The position numbers were made by a program, and so were the translations under genes. A stretch of DNA of 64,000 nt from Candidatus Bathyarchaeia archaeon (GTDB lineage: Archaea; Thermoproteota; Bathyarchaeia; Bathyarchaeales; DTEX01). Each line of letters starts with the position of its first letter. The stretch's first letter is position 1. The notes beneath the pieces are model-generated. The model ran no database searches, had not been told where the DNA came from, and saw only the letters and a list, made by a program, of their open reading frames with translations. Shown one piece after another: positions 36,900 to 46,862 of the stretch. The stretch covers positions 46,797 to 110,796 of the forward strand of contig JAWAXF010000002.1 in the NCBI GenBank assembly GCA_038897035.1, read 5' to 3'.

Positions 36900-38576
36900 T
36901 TGAGGAGCGATGTTATTAAGTTTGGTGTTGAGAGGACCCCGCATAGGGCTCTGTGGAAGTGTTTAGGGGTTACGGATGAAGACTTTAATAAGCCGTTTAT
37001 CGGCATAGCAAATAGTTTCACAGAGCTGGTTCCGGGGCACATTCACCTAGATAAACTTGTTGAGTATGTTAAGGCCGGAGTTAGAGCTGCTGGCGGCGTC
37101 CCCTTCGAATTTAACACGATCGCTATATGCGATGGCTTAGCCATGGGTCATAAGGGCATGCACTACTCGCTCCCATCAAGAGAGATTATCACCGATTCTA
37201 TTGAGGTCATGGCTGAAGTATACAACTTTGATGGTTTAGTTCTATTGACTAACTGCGATAAGATAACTCCTGGTATGATGATGGCTGCTGCTAGGCTAAA
37301 TATTCCTGCGATAGTTGTAACTGGTGGGCCAATGTTATCAGGTAGGTATGGGCGTAGGCGCGTTGATGTGACGGCAATATTCGAGGCTATAGGTGAATAC
37401 TCGGCTGGAAAAATAGGCATAGAGGACTTAAGGGCACTTGAAGATTATGCCTTTCCCACATGCGGCTCATGTAACGGTATGTATACGGCTAATACGATGG
37501 CGTGCATAGCGGAGGCCATTGGCTTATCATTACCGGGATGTGCAACAGCCCTGGCCTTCTCGTCCAAAAAAGCCAGGATAGCTAAGAGAAGTGGGGAGAG
37601 AATCGTGGAAATGGTTAAGGAGGGTCTTAAGCCAAGCGACATTTTAATCAGAGAGGCTTTTGAAAATGCTATAGCGGTTGATGCAGCCCTAGGTGGCTCA
37701 ACAAACGCGGTTCTCCACCTAAAGGCTATAGCCGAGGAGGCTGGCGTGGATCTCCCATTAGAAGTCTTCGATGAAGTATCTAGAAAAGTTCCGCATATAT
37801 GTGACATGAGGCCAAGCGGACCCTATGATATGGAGGAGCTTGAAGCAGCCGGCGGAATACCAGCAGTCATGTGTGTCCTTCGTGACAGGCTCCACCTAGA
37901 TGCCTTAACTGTTACTGGCAGAACCGTGGGTGAAAACATTAAGGGCGTCAAAGTTCACGATTGGGAGGTTATTAGATCGCCCTCAAATCCAGTTCACGGG
38001 GAAGGTGGGATAGCAGTTCTTTTTGGAAACATTGCGCCATTAGGGGCCGTCGCAAAGATCACTGCAATATCACCTAAAGTGCTCATGTTTAGGGGTCCAG
38101 CCAGAGTATTTGATTCGGAGGAAGATGCTATGAGAGCTATCTTAAGCCGGAAGATCAGCGCTGGCTATGTAATTGTCATCAGGTATGAGGGGCCTAAGGG
38201 AGGGCCGGGGATGCGTGAGATGCTTGCGCCGACGGCTGCCATAGCTGGGATGGGTCTAAGCGAGTCTGTGGCCATGATAACTGATGGGCGCTTCTCAGGC
38301 GCAACAAGGGGCCTATGCATTGGCCATATCTCGCCGGAAGCTGCCGAGGGTGGACCCATAGCGGCGCTAAGGGACGGGGATATTATAAGCATTGATATAC
38401 CCAATAGGAGGTTGAATGTTGAGCTTACCGATGAGGAGATTAGACAACGTCTTTTATCATGGAAACCTAGGCCGCCGTGGATCTTTAAGGGATACTTGAG
38501 AAGATACTGGTACTTTGTACAATCGGCCGATAAGGGCGGGGCATTGAAATCTCAACCGCGGTCCTTAACATTTTAA
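36900..38576 (+). CDS. ilvD: dihydroxy-acid dehydratase
   Basis: TTG start giving [18 protein letters not shown]. Also [23 protein letters not shown] and [12 protein letters not shown]. Confidence 0.95.
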   Translation: MRSDVIKFGVERTPHRALWKCLGVTDEDFNKPFIGIANSFTELVPGHIHLDKLVEYVKAGVRAAGGVPFEFNTIAICDGLAMGHKGMHYSLPSREIITDSIEVMAEVYNFDGLVLLTNCDKITPGMMMAAARLNIPAIVVTGGPMLSGRYGRRRVDVTAIFEAIGEYSAGKIGIEDLRALEDYAFPTCGSCNGMYTANTMACIAEAIGLSLPGCATALAFSSKKARIAKRSGERIVEMVKEGLKPSDILIREAFENAIAVDAALGGSTNAVLHLKAIAEEAGVDLPLEVFDEVSRKVPHICDMRPSGPYDMEELEAAGGIPAVMCVLRDRLHLDALTVTGRTVGENIKGVKVHDWEVIRSPSNPVHGEGGIAVLFGNIAPLGAVAKITAISPKVLMFRGPARVFDSEEDAMRAILSRKISAGYVIVIRYEGPKGGPGMREMLAPTAAIAGMGLSESVAMITDGRFSGATRGLCIGHISPEAAEGGPIAALRDGDIISIDIPNRRLNVELTDEEIRQRLLSWKPRPPWIFKGYLRRYWYFVQSADKGGALKSQPRSLTF

Positions 38577-38588
38577 GAGGGGACACTA

Positions 38589-39065
38589 ATGAAATTTAGC
38601 TTAACTCTAGCTCTCCCCGATAAGCCTGGTCAGCTACTAAGGGCCCTCGAACCAATAGCCAAAAATGGCGGAAACATAATATCTATTATCCACGAAAGAG
38701 ATAAGCCCGTCGAGGGCTATGTTCCAGTAAGTCTTGTGGTAGACTTTCTGTCTCACCAGAGCTTTAGGAAGACCATAGAAGAATTAAGGAGCTTTGGAAT
38801 ATCCATTATAAAGTCGGAGGAGGTGGTTGAGCGACATAGGCTTACGTTCATTCTTATAGGCAGCATGGATATAAAGAGGGTTATTGAGTCTAGGCTTGAT
38901 GGTGTAGATATAATAAGTGTTGAGGTCGTGATGTCAAAGTCTGGTGGTGTCTCAATTAGATTGGAGATTGAGGCGCCCGCAGATGTGACTGAAAAAGTTG
39001 TCGAGAAGCTTAAGAGGATCGTCAGCGAGCAGAGCGCCCTACTAATTCCGTCAATAGGAGTATAA
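38589..39065 (+). CDS. ACT-domain amino-acid-binding protein
   Basis: LALPDKPGQLLRALEPIAKNGGNIISIIH is an ACT signature. Sits between ilvD and hom. Confidence 0.6.
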   Translation: MKFSLTLALPDKPGQLLRALEPIAKNGGNIISIIHERDKPVEGYVPVSLVVDFLSHQSFRKTIEELRSFGISIIKSEEVVERHRLTFILIGSMDIKRVIESRLDGVDIISVEVVMSKSGGVSIRLEIEAPADVTEKVVEKLKRIVSEQSALLIPSIGV

Positions 39066-39084
39066 GGTTTCAAGGGGATACCTT

Positions 39085-40080
39085 ATGAGACTGGCAATCA
39101 TTGGTTTTGGCTTTCTCGGAAGAAACCTCTTAAAAGTAATATGGGAGAAAATATCCTTCCTCAGAGAACTTGATAAAAACTTCCTTATCGTTGGAGCTGC
39201 AAATAGTAAGGGCTACATTTATGATGAAAATGGCTTAAATGCGGAGAGATTAATTGCCGCGCACGATCTTTCAAAACTATCAGAATTTAGGACTGGTCCT
39301 GCTATCGATCTAATTAGAAATGATCTATGTGACATAATTGTCGAGGCGACTCCTACAAACATTAAGGATGGGGAGCCAGGTTTAACCCACATTAGGCTTG
39401 CATTAAGTAGGGGCATTCATGTTGTTACTCCCAATAAGGGCCCCCTTGTTTTAGCCTTTAGGGAGTTAACGGAGTTAGCAAAGGAAAATAATTGTGACCT
39501 TCTCTATGAGGGGGCTGTCGCCGGCGCGATTCCAATATTCTCACTTGTTAGAGAGTGCTTACAGGGCGATAAAATAATCAGGTTATATGGGATATTAAAT
39601 GGCACAACAAACTACATTCTCTCAAGAATGTTCTTTGAGGAGATAAGCTTTGATATAGCTCTCAAGGAGGCCCAGGAGAAGGGAATTGCTGAGAGGGACC
39701 CCTCCTATGATGTTGATGGCATAGACGCTGCTTGCAAGGTTGTTATTCTCGCGAATGCGCTTATGGGACGAAATGCAAAAATTAATGATGTTGAAAGAGT
39801 TGGTATACGCGATATAACACAGGAAGCAGTAAGCCTAGCTAAGAAGGTAAACTATGCAATAAAGCTGATTGGCACGATTGATAGGAGACTCGAGGTCGCG
39901 CCGAAGCTTGTTCCAGTAAACCATCCATTGTGTGTGCATGGGACGTTGAATGCAATACACGTTGAAACCGATTTAGCAAGGGAGATAACGTTAGTAGGCT
40001 ACGGAGCTGGAAAAGAGACGGTCTCAGCAATATTAAACGACATAATAATTGTGTTAAAGAGAAGGGGCGCAAAACTTTAG
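39085..40080 (+). CDS. hom: homoserine dehydrogenase
   Basis: N-terminal Rossmann IIGFGFLGRN, plus LYEGAVAGAIPIF and GILNGTTNYIL motifs. Confidence 0.85.
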   Translation: MRLAIIGFGFLGRNLLKVIWEKISFLRELDKNFLIVGAANSKGYIYDENGLNAERLIAAHDLSKLSEFRTGPAIDLIRNDLCDIIVEATPTNIKDGEPGLTHIRLALSRGIHVVTPNKGPLVLAFRELTELAKENNCDLLYEGAVAGAIPIFSLVRECLQGDKIIRLYGILNGTTNYILSRMFFEEISFDIALKEAQEKGIAERDPSYDVDGIDAACKVVILANALMGRNAKINDVERVGIRDITQEAVSLAKKVNYAIKLIGTIDRRLEVAPKLVPVNHPLCVHGTLNAIHVETDLAREITLVGYGAGKETVSAILNDIIIVLKRRGAKL

Positions 40081-40185
40081 CATCAGGTCGCATTAACATT
40101 ATTCTCCATCATGAATAACACAAGAATAACGTAAAGTTCTTATGCTCCCTAGCTTCTTAATAGTTAAAATATATCCCCGGATGGG

Positions 40186-41085
40186 TTGATGAATTTGCCA
40201 GTAAAGATAATTAAGAGTGAAGATGCTAACTCCCTTCTACTCGAGAGAATTATGTATACTAAGCGTTATATGTTATCTCTCAACAGGGATAGATGTGTTG
40301 GCTGCGAGCTTTGCGAAGTGGCTTGTCCAAAGGAGGCAATTAAAGTTGTTAAGCCATCTGAACTCAAGAACCTTGAGGAACCACCGAAAAAGATAACCGC
40401 GACGGTTCTCGAGGATAAATGCAACTTCTGCGGAATATGTTCCGAAATATGCATCTTCGGGGCCTTTAAGCAGAGCGTAGATGGAAAAGACTTTATCCCA
40501 GTGATTGAGAGTGAGAGTTTCCCAAGGATAATTCACGAAGTTAAGATTGATGAAAGTAAATGTCCGCCTGGATGCAAAATATGTGAAGAGGTCTGTCCAC
40601 TACGCCTAATCCATGTCAAATTTGGTCCCGAGGAGAAGGTTATTAAAGTTGATGTTGATAGCGGGTACTGCCCCGGATGCCGCGTATGTGAGGTTAAATG
40701 CCCATACGATGCAATACATACGAGGAAAATAATTACTGGGACTATAAAGATCAATATAGATTTATGCCCCGAGGGATGCCGCTATTGTGTTGACGCATGT
40801 CCTATACCAGGCGTCTTATCTATCGCCGAAAATGGCAAGGTCAATGTTAATGAGTTATTTTGCATTTACTGTGGAGCGTGCAGAAAAGCTTGCCCAGTTA
40901 ATGGCGCCATAGAGCTTAAAAGAATCTCTATTTATCACGCACCAGTCAAGTCTGGGGCATGGAATAAAGCATTAGAAAGATTAACTTCAACATTAAATAT
41001 GAGTAAAGAGTTACGGAGTAAGTCACTCCTTAAAGCCTATGACTCGGTTAAAAGACTACATATGGGAGGTCGGGCCAAGAGATGA
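40186..41085 (+). CDS. polyferredoxin-like protein with six [4Fe-4S] binding motifs
   Basis: Six CxxCxxCxxxC(P) motifs counted (CVGCELCEVACP, CNFCGICSEIC, CPPGCKICEEVCP, CPGCRVCEVKCP, CPEGCRYCVDACP, CIYCGACRKACP). A 4-nt ATGA overlap joins it to the next gene. Confidence 0.8.
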   Translation: MMNLPVKIIKSEDANSLLLERIMYTKRYMLSLNRDRCVGCELCEVACPKEAIKVVKPSELKNLEEPPKKITATVLEDKCNFCGICSEICIFGAFKQSVDGKDFIPVIESESFPRIIHEVKIDESKCPPGCKICEEVCPLRLIHVKFGPEEKVIKVDVDSGYCPGCRVCEVKCPYDAIHTRKIITGTIKINIDLCPEGCRYCVDACPIPGVLSIAENGKVNVNELFCIYCGACRKACPVNGAIELKRISIYHAPVKSGAWNKALERLTSTLNMSKELRSKSLLKAYDSVKRLHMGGRAKR

Positions 41086-43514
41086 GCATTGAATCAAAGC
41101 AAGAGGATATTAGAATAGGTGTTTTTGTCTGCCACTGCGGCTTAAACATAGCTGGCGTAGTGAATGTTAAGGAAGTGACGGAGTATGCGCGTACGCTGCC
41201 AAACGTGGTCTTCGCTATAGACAACAGGTACACATGTTCAGATCCCGGTCAAGAAGAGATTAAAGAGGCCATAAAAAAGTATAATCTTAACCGCGTTGTC
41301 GTAGCGGCGTGCTCGCCTAGAATGCACGAATTCACTTTCAGGAGAACTATTGCTGAAGTTGGCTTAAACCCCTACCTTCTGGAGATGGCCAACATAAGGG
41401 AGCATTGCTCTTGGGCCCATCCAAGCCACCCGAAAGAGGCAACAGAAAAGGCTAAGGAGCTGATCAAGATGGCCGTCGCTAAGGCTAAGCTGCTAGCACC
41501 GCTGGAGCCAATAAAGGTTCCAGTTACGCCAACAGCGCTTGTTATAGGTGGTGGAATAGCTGGTATGAACGCCGCTCTAGAGCTAGCCGAAATGGGCTTC
41601 AAGGTCTACCTCCTTGAGAAGAAGGAGAGCATAGGCGGACACATGGCTCAGCTGGATAAGACATTCCCAACATTGGATTGCTCGATCTGCATCGAGGGAC
41701 CGAAGATGGTTGACGTGGCCCGCCACCCAAACATCGAGATAATTTCGTTTGTTGATTTAGTGAAGGTTGAGGGCTACATCGGGAACTTCGCAGTGAAGAT
41801 TAGGAAGAACCCACGTTATGTCCTTGAGGATAAGTGTACTGGCTGCGGCGAATGTGTTCCTGTATGTCCCATTGAGTATCCAAACGATTGGGACATGAAT
41901 CTGGGCGTTAGAAAGGCCATATCAGTTCCATTCCCACAGGCCGTTCCACTAGTCTATAGAATAAACCGAGACTATTGCATAGAGTGCTACAAATGCGTTG
42001 ACGCATGTGGCCCGCGCCAGGCGATAGACTTCGATCAGAAGCCAGAGGATATAGAGCTTAAGGTTGGAGCAATAATTGTTGCAGCAGGATATGATATATA
42101 CATCCCTGAAGATGGCAACCTCTACGGATATGGGAAATATGCTAACGTAATAACAAGCTTGGAATTTGAGAGGCTGATTTTAGCCGCCGGGCCAACTGGC
42201 GGGCATGTTGTTAGGGCATCTGATGGCAGGAAACCAAAGAGTGTTGCCTTTATACAATGTGTTGGCTCAAGGGACATTAATAAGTACCCCTACTGCTCAA
42301 ACTTCTGTTGCATGTACACCCTAAAGCATACTGTTCAGTTAAAGGAGCATTATGGGGATGATGTTGATGTTTATGTATTCTATATGGATCTGCGCAGTCA
42401 CTTTAAGGGGTATGAGGAGTTCTATAACAGGGCCAGGGAAATGGGCGTAAACTTCATTAGGGGCAGGGTATCAAGGATAGAGGAGGATCCGAAGACAAAG
42501 AATCTCATAATATACGCTGAGGACACGTTCCTCGGAGAGCCAATAACGCTGGAGGCGGAGATGGTTGTCCTCGCAACTGCAGCAGTTCCAAGTAAAGGCT
42601 CAGATGAACTTGCTAGACTATTAAATATACCAAGGGGAACGGACGGTTTCTTCCTCGAAAGCCACCCGAAGCTTAAGCCGCTGGATACCCCCGTAGATGG
42701 AATTTTCCTAGCAGGGGCCTGTCAGGGGCCGAAGGATATACCCTACAGTGTTGCGCAGGGCTGCGGCGCGGCCGCTAGAGCCGCAACTATACTCTCAAAA
42801 TCTCATGTAACGATCGAGCCGATAGTGGCAGTAGTGGATCCAGATAAGTGCAGGAACACCCAAGTTAAGTGTGGTATATGCGCAATGAAGTGTCCCTATG
42901 GGGCGATTAAAGCCGAACCCGGGAAACCAGCGGTGGTTACGCCTGCCATGTGCCACGGTTGCGGAACATGCGTTGCTGAGTGCCCAACCGATGCTATAAC
43001 TCAAAGGCACTTCACTGACGCACAAATACTAGCTCAGATAGATGCCGCGCTGGAGGAGAACCCCGAGGACAAGATACTGGGCATATGTTGTAACTGGTGC
43101 GCATATGCTGGTGCGGATCTAGCCGGGACGAGCCGCTTCGAGTATCCGCCAAACATAAGGATGATTAGAGTGATGTGTTCTGGGCGCGTTGATAGGGATT
43201 TTGTGCTATATGCCTTAAAGAAGGGCGCCGGGATGGTTCTGATAGGGGCATGCCACCCATACGACTGCCACTATATTGACGGAAACCTGAAGATGAGAGT
43301 GAGGATGGATGCGCTGGCCAAGGCCCTCGAGAAACTTGGCTTAACGCCAGATAGGCTTAGGGTGGAGTACGTCTCAGCGGCGGAGGGCATCAAGTTTGCC
43401 CAGATAGTGAAGGAGATGACCACTAAACTAAAGGAGCTGGGCCGGGAGAGAATAAGAGCCGAGAACGAGAAGCTGCGACCACACCTAGAGCGGATGCTTA
43501 GTAGAAAGAAGTAG
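41082..43514 (+). CDS. hdrA: heterodisulfide reductase subunit A-like flavoprotein fused to an MvhD-type domain
   Basis: HdrA N-domain cysteines (VFVCHCG, AACSPRMHE, EHCSWAH), FAD motif GGGIAGM, and ferredoxin inserts. The C-terminal ILGICCNWCAYAGADLAG...MCSGRVD...GACHPYDCHY is MvhD-like. Confidence 0.85.
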   Translation: MSIESKQEDIRIGVFVCHCGLNIAGVVNVKEVTEYARTLPNVVFAIDNRYTCSDPGQEEIKEAIKKYNLNRVVVAACSPRMHEFTFRRTIAEVGLNPYLLEMANIREHCSWAHPSHPKEATEKAKELIKMAVAKAKLLAPLEPIKVPVTPTALVIGGGIAGMNAALELAEMGFKVYLLEKKESIGGHMAQLDKTFPTLDCSICIEGPKMVDVARHPNIEIISFVDLVKVEGYIGNFAVKIRKNPRYVLEDKCTGCGECVPVCPIEYPNDWDMNLGVRKAISVPFPQAVPLVYRINRDYCIECYKCVDACGPRQAIDFDQKPEDIELKVGAIIVAAGYDIYIPEDGNLYGYGKYANVITSLEFERLILAAGPTGGHVVRASDGRKPKSVAFIQCVGSRDINKYPYCSNFCCMYTLKHTVQLKEHYGDDVDVYVFYMDLRSHFKGYEEFYNRAREMGVNFIRGRVSRIEEDPKTKNLIIYAEDTFLGEPITLEAEMVVLATAAVPSKGSDELARLLNIPRGTDGFFLESHPKLKPLDTPVDGIFLAGACQGPKDIPYSVAQGCGAAARAATILSKSHVTIEPIVAVVDPDKCRNTQVKCGICAMKCPYGAIKAEPGKPAVVTPAMCHGCGTCVAECPTDAITQRHFTDAQILAQIDAALEENPEDKILGICCNWCAYAGADLAGTSRFEYPPNIRMIRVMCSGRVDRDFVLYALKKGAGMVLIGACHPYDCHYIDGNLKMRVRMDALAKALEKLGLTPDRLRVEYVSAAEGIKFAQIVKEMTTKLKELGRERIRAENEKLRPHLERMLSRKK

Positions 43515-43529
43515 CCTGTTGATGCTTTT

Positions 43530-43739
43530 GTATCCACTTAAATAAAGACGATTTTTCTGACCGAAAACTCCTAAAGCCCTTTGGCGAGAAAAATTTTCGC
43601 CAATTTCTTAGACAGTTTTTTCATCCAAGCCAATGGATAGGAACTTGGCGGAAGATAAAAAGATTGGGGGCGCCAAAGGAGAAAACCGGAGCCCTTATGA
43701 ATTTTGTCTTTTCCTGAGGATAGACCATTTTTCTATCCC
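43530..43739 (-). repeat. hairpin-rich, inverted-repeat-bounded element, copy B (inverted relative to copy A)
   Basis: It fills the spacer between convergent hdrA and tal. The reverse complement begins with the hairpin GGGATAG-AAAAATGGT-CTATCC followed by TCAGGAAAAGAC. The other end is GTCTTTATTTAAGTGGATAC. The internal hairpin GGCGA/TCGCC (43583-43601) sits where copy A has GGGGA/TCCCC. Confidence 0.5.
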
Positions 43740-43751
43740 TTGATAAGGCAA

Positions 43752-44666
43752 TTATCTGTGTTCAAAAATCTCCTTGTACTGGGGGATGACATCGGCCATA
43801 AAGTCCCTTATTCCCTCGAGCGTCTTCGGGTGCCTAATCATCTCCCTTAGGACTTCAAATGGCATCGTAACGATGTCCGCGCCCACCTCCGCGACCTCCC
43901 TAACCTGCCTAGCGTTCCTAATGCTTGATGCAATTACCTGCGCTTTAAAACCGTATATCCTGAAGATCCTGACTATTCTTGCGATGAGATCAACGCCACT
44001 AATAATTCCATTATCGTGGATCGTTTGGTCTAACTTTCTTATCTCTTGGCTCTTACAGGCGTCGAGTATGGAGCCACACTTAGCTATTTGCTCGTTAAGT
44101 TTTAGATCCCATATTCTACAGAGTAAACTGTAATCGAAATAATCTTCCTTTTTGTAGTCAACACCGATCTTCATCCCCATCCTCATTCTAATGTAATCGT
44201 CTATTCGGCCCGCGAATGGGCTTACATATTTTGCCCCAGCCTTCGCTGCAAGGATCGCCTGCTCCGGTGTCATGATGAGGGTGCAGTTTACTGGTATCCC
44301 CTCTCTACTCAGCTGTTTTATGGCCCTCAGGCCATCGAAGTCCAGATGGTCACCTTCGCTTAGGCTCGGATTCACGGGTATCTTGATTACAACCTCGCCG
44401 TAAGGGCTAAACTTTTCATAGAGCAGCTTGGCCTGCGCGACCATCTCATCGGCCTTGACAGCGATTACTTCCAAGCTAACCGGCCCGGGAACAGTCTTAA
44501 GAATCTCTTTAATATAGTCTTCCATGGAATTTTTTTCAGCCCTCTTCTCAACAGCCTTCTTAATAAGCGACGGGTTTGTCGTAGCCCCATCTATAATGCC
44601 CCACTCGCAGGCCTGCTTAATCTCATCCAAGTCAGCCGAGTCTATAAAGATCTTCAAGGAAAACAC
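43752..44666 (-). CDS. tal: transaldolase / fructose-6-phosphate aldolase family protein (long form)
   Basis: N-terminal IFIDSADLDEIKQACEWGIIDGATTNPSL and the catalytic-lysine region VVIKIP. At 304 aa it implies insertions relative to the ~220-aa TalC/FSA type. Confidence 0.8.
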   Translation of the reverse strand: MFSLKIFIDSADLDEIKQACEWGIIDGATTNPSLIKKAVEKRAEKNSMEDYIKEILKTVPGPVSLEVIAVKADEMVAQAKLLYEKFSPYGEVVIKIPVNPSLSEGDHLDFDGLRAIKQLSREGIPVNCTLIMTPEQAILAAKAGAKYVSPFAGRIDDYIRMRMGMKIGVDYKKEDYFDYSLLCRIWDLKLNEQIAKCGSILDACKSQEIRKLDQTIHDNGIISGVDLIARIVRIFRIYGFKAQVIASSIRNARQVREVAEVGADIVTMPFEVLREMIRHPKTLEGIRDFMADVIPQYKEIFEHR

Positions 44667-44696
44667 CCCAAATAAACTAGTAGGAGGAACTTTTAC

Positions 44697-44898
44697 TTAG
44701 GGGTTGCTGCTAACCCCTATCAAAGTAGAGGTTCTTCTCCTTGGCTGAGCCATGGCGGCAGCCCAATCCGGTACACATATACATTCCATATATTTTCGGC
44801 GCGGTTCTAGCAGCAACCTGCATAAACCTAGCGGCCTCAAGAACAGCTTGCTTCTCCCCTCCCTAACAACCAATAATGTTTCAACTTTCATGTTTATC
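44697..44898 (-). pseudogene. frameshifted/truncated remnant of a DUF2148-like (ferredoxin-domain) gene
   Basis: The ATG at 44891 gives MKVETLLVVREG. A shifted frame then reads EKQAVLEAARFMQVAARTAPKIYGMYMCTGLGCRHGSAKEKNLYFDRG*. The A.RTAPK pattern matches my recollection of DUF2148 N-termini. Neither frame continues beyond ~65 codons. Confidence 0.35.
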
Positions 44899-45903
44899 CT
44901 ATAACTCTATGCCCATTTGCGTCAAAATCTTCTCGACATCTTTCTGCGCCAGTTTTTTCGGGAAGTTGTAGATGGGGCCGCGCGGCTCCTCATTATAGTA
45001 TGGTCTATTACAGCCCGGGCAGCCGGACGTCAGGAAAGGCTCTCCAGAAAAAATGGCCTCTTTGAGGGTATCTTTTGGGACGCCGAAGTCTATCAGCCGC
45101 CCGCCCTTGAATTTCATGTTCTCGTAACGCCCCAATTCGCGGGTTATAAGATAGTGAGCTACCTGAATCCTTCTATAAGAGTCGATCGGAGGTTTTGGGC
45201 GGCTTGACATTTGCGTTCCGGGTATTGGTGTGAAGGCAAAGACTGCAGGAAATATCCCCATATCATGACACTTCTGGACCATACGAATAAATTCTTCCTC
45301 ATTCTCGCCCAAACCAACTATCAGATGCGTTGTGACTCTACCTTTACCTAGAATCTCTAAGGCGGTCCTTAGGGCCTCAAAGTGCTTGTTCCAACGATAT
45401 GGCCCGCCAGCAGCCTTTCCTTTAACTGCAGAGAATATCTCCTCTGTGACGGCATCCAGCGCTATGCTCACCCTGTCGATACCGGCATCAGCTAGCATGC
45501 GGATCTCCACTTGGCTTAAGGGTTGGCATGAAACTGATATCGGAATACTGCACTCACGGCGGATGCCCTTAACCAACAATAATATGTCATCCTGCACTCC
45601 AAGATAATTTAGCGCCTGAATGCACACTCTCCTTATCCTGCCGCCCTCAAAGGCCCTTTTAATGCTAAGAATAACGTCCTCAACATTAAAGTCTGGCCAC
45701 ACAACCCTAGAGAGCATGTCTATCCTGGAGCTGCTTCCCCTTGCTTGTGGGCAGAAGGCGCAGTTTGCTGAGCAGCGTCCATCAAAATAGGTAAGGAGGT
45801 AAGCGGTCGTTGGCTCAGCGCTAATTGTTCCCTCACATAAGCCCAGTACTATAGCTGTTCCAAGAGAAACCCTAACCCTTCTGACCCTTTTGTCTAGATT
45901 CAT
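44899..45903 (-). CDS. radical SAM protein, biotin-synthase-related (COG2516-like)
   Basis: Cluster motif GRCSANCAFCPQA and a TIM-barrel-like remainder (RVCIQALNY, THLIVGLGE). Confidence 0.7.
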   Translation of the reverse strand: MNLDKRVRRVRVSLGTAIVLGLCEGTISAEPTTAYLLTYFDGRCSANCAFCPQARGSSSRIDMLSRVVWPDFNVEDVILSIKRAFEGGRIRRVCIQALNYLGVQDDILLLVKGIRRECSIPISVSCQPLSQVEIRMLADAGIDRVSIALDAVTEEIFSAVKGKAAGGPYRWNKHFEALRTALEILGKGRVTTHLIVGLGENEEEFIRMVQKCHDMGIFPAVFAFTPIPGTQMSSRPKPPIDSYRRIQVAHYLITRELGRYENMKFKGGRLIDFGVPKDTLKEAIFSGEPFLTSGCPGCNRPYYNEEPRGPIYNFPKKLAQKDVEKILTQMGIEL

Positions 45904-45975
45904 TATTTAACTTCCACCCTTTACACAATATTCATATCGAGGCTTCCCACTAATCACATTAATGGGGGATATTTA

Positions 45976-46842
45976 ATGCATATTGTTTTCTCAGAGAAGT
46001 GCCTTGAATACTGGAGTCCCGGGCACCCGGAGTCGCCTGAGAGAGTGTATCAAACATATAAATTGCTTGCTGAGGAGGGCTATAAGTTCGCTCAGCCAGA
46101 ACCATGCAGTAAGGAAGACCTACTCCTAGTTCATAGTAATAGATACGTCGAGACTATAAAGGGCGGAATGTTCTTTGACCCGGATACACCAGCACTTCCA
46201 GGAATATACGAGTATGCTAAGCTAGCCGCTGGCGCGGCGATAAAAAGTATGGAGATAGCCCTTAGCGGAGACATAGCCTTCTCCTTAATGAGACCCCCGG
46301 GGCACCACGCTGGCGCAGATGGAAGAGCCCTTAATGCACCGACATTGGGGTTCTGCTACTTTAATAACATAGCGATTGCATGTAAAAGGGCTCTTCAGAG
46401 GGTAAACAAAGTTGCGATAGTAGATATAGATTGCCATCATGGAAACGGAACCCAAGAGATATTCCTCGGCGAGTCTCGCGTACTCTTCATTTCCCTCCAT
46501 AGAATTGGAGTCTATCCGGGAACCGGATCAAAGTCCGTGGGCAACTGCTTAAATTACCCATTCATACATGCCGTCGGTGATGAAGAATATTTAAGGGTTT
46601 TAGGCGAAGCCCTTAGGGAGGTTGAGAAATTTAACCCAAATTTAATAGCCATTTCAGCCGGGTTTGATGCTTATAAATATGACCCGGTCTGCTCTCTCGG
46701 ATTAAGCATGGAAGCATATACTAAGATGGGGCAAATGATAGCTCGACTCAACCGAAAGACGTTCGCCGTCCTCGAGGGCGGATACGGAAGAGATATGCCG
46801 CGGTGCGTTCTAAACTTTCTTAAGGGGCTTGAGCAGAGATAG
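45976..46842 (+). CDS. histone deacetylase-family amidohydrolase (acetylpolyamine/acetoin-utilisation type)
   Basis: RPPGHHA, DIDCHHGNGTQEIF, SAGFDAY and EGGY motifs. Confidence 0.85.
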   Translation: MHIVFSEKCLEYWSPGHPESPERVYQTYKLLAEEGYKFAQPEPCSKEDLLLVHSNRYVETIKGGMFFDPDTPALPGIYEYAKLAAGAAIKSMEIALSGDIAFSLMRPPGHHAGADGRALNAPTLGFCYFNNIAIACKRALQRVNKVAIVDIDCHHGNGTQEIFLGESRVLFISLHRIGVYPGTGSKSVGNCLNYPFIHAVGDEEYLRVLGEALREVEKFNPNLIAISAGFDAYKYDPVCSLGLSMEAYTKMGQMIARLNRKTFAVLEGGYGRDMPRCVLNFLKGLEQR

Positions 46843-46862
46843 CGTTATAGTACCAGTCCTTT

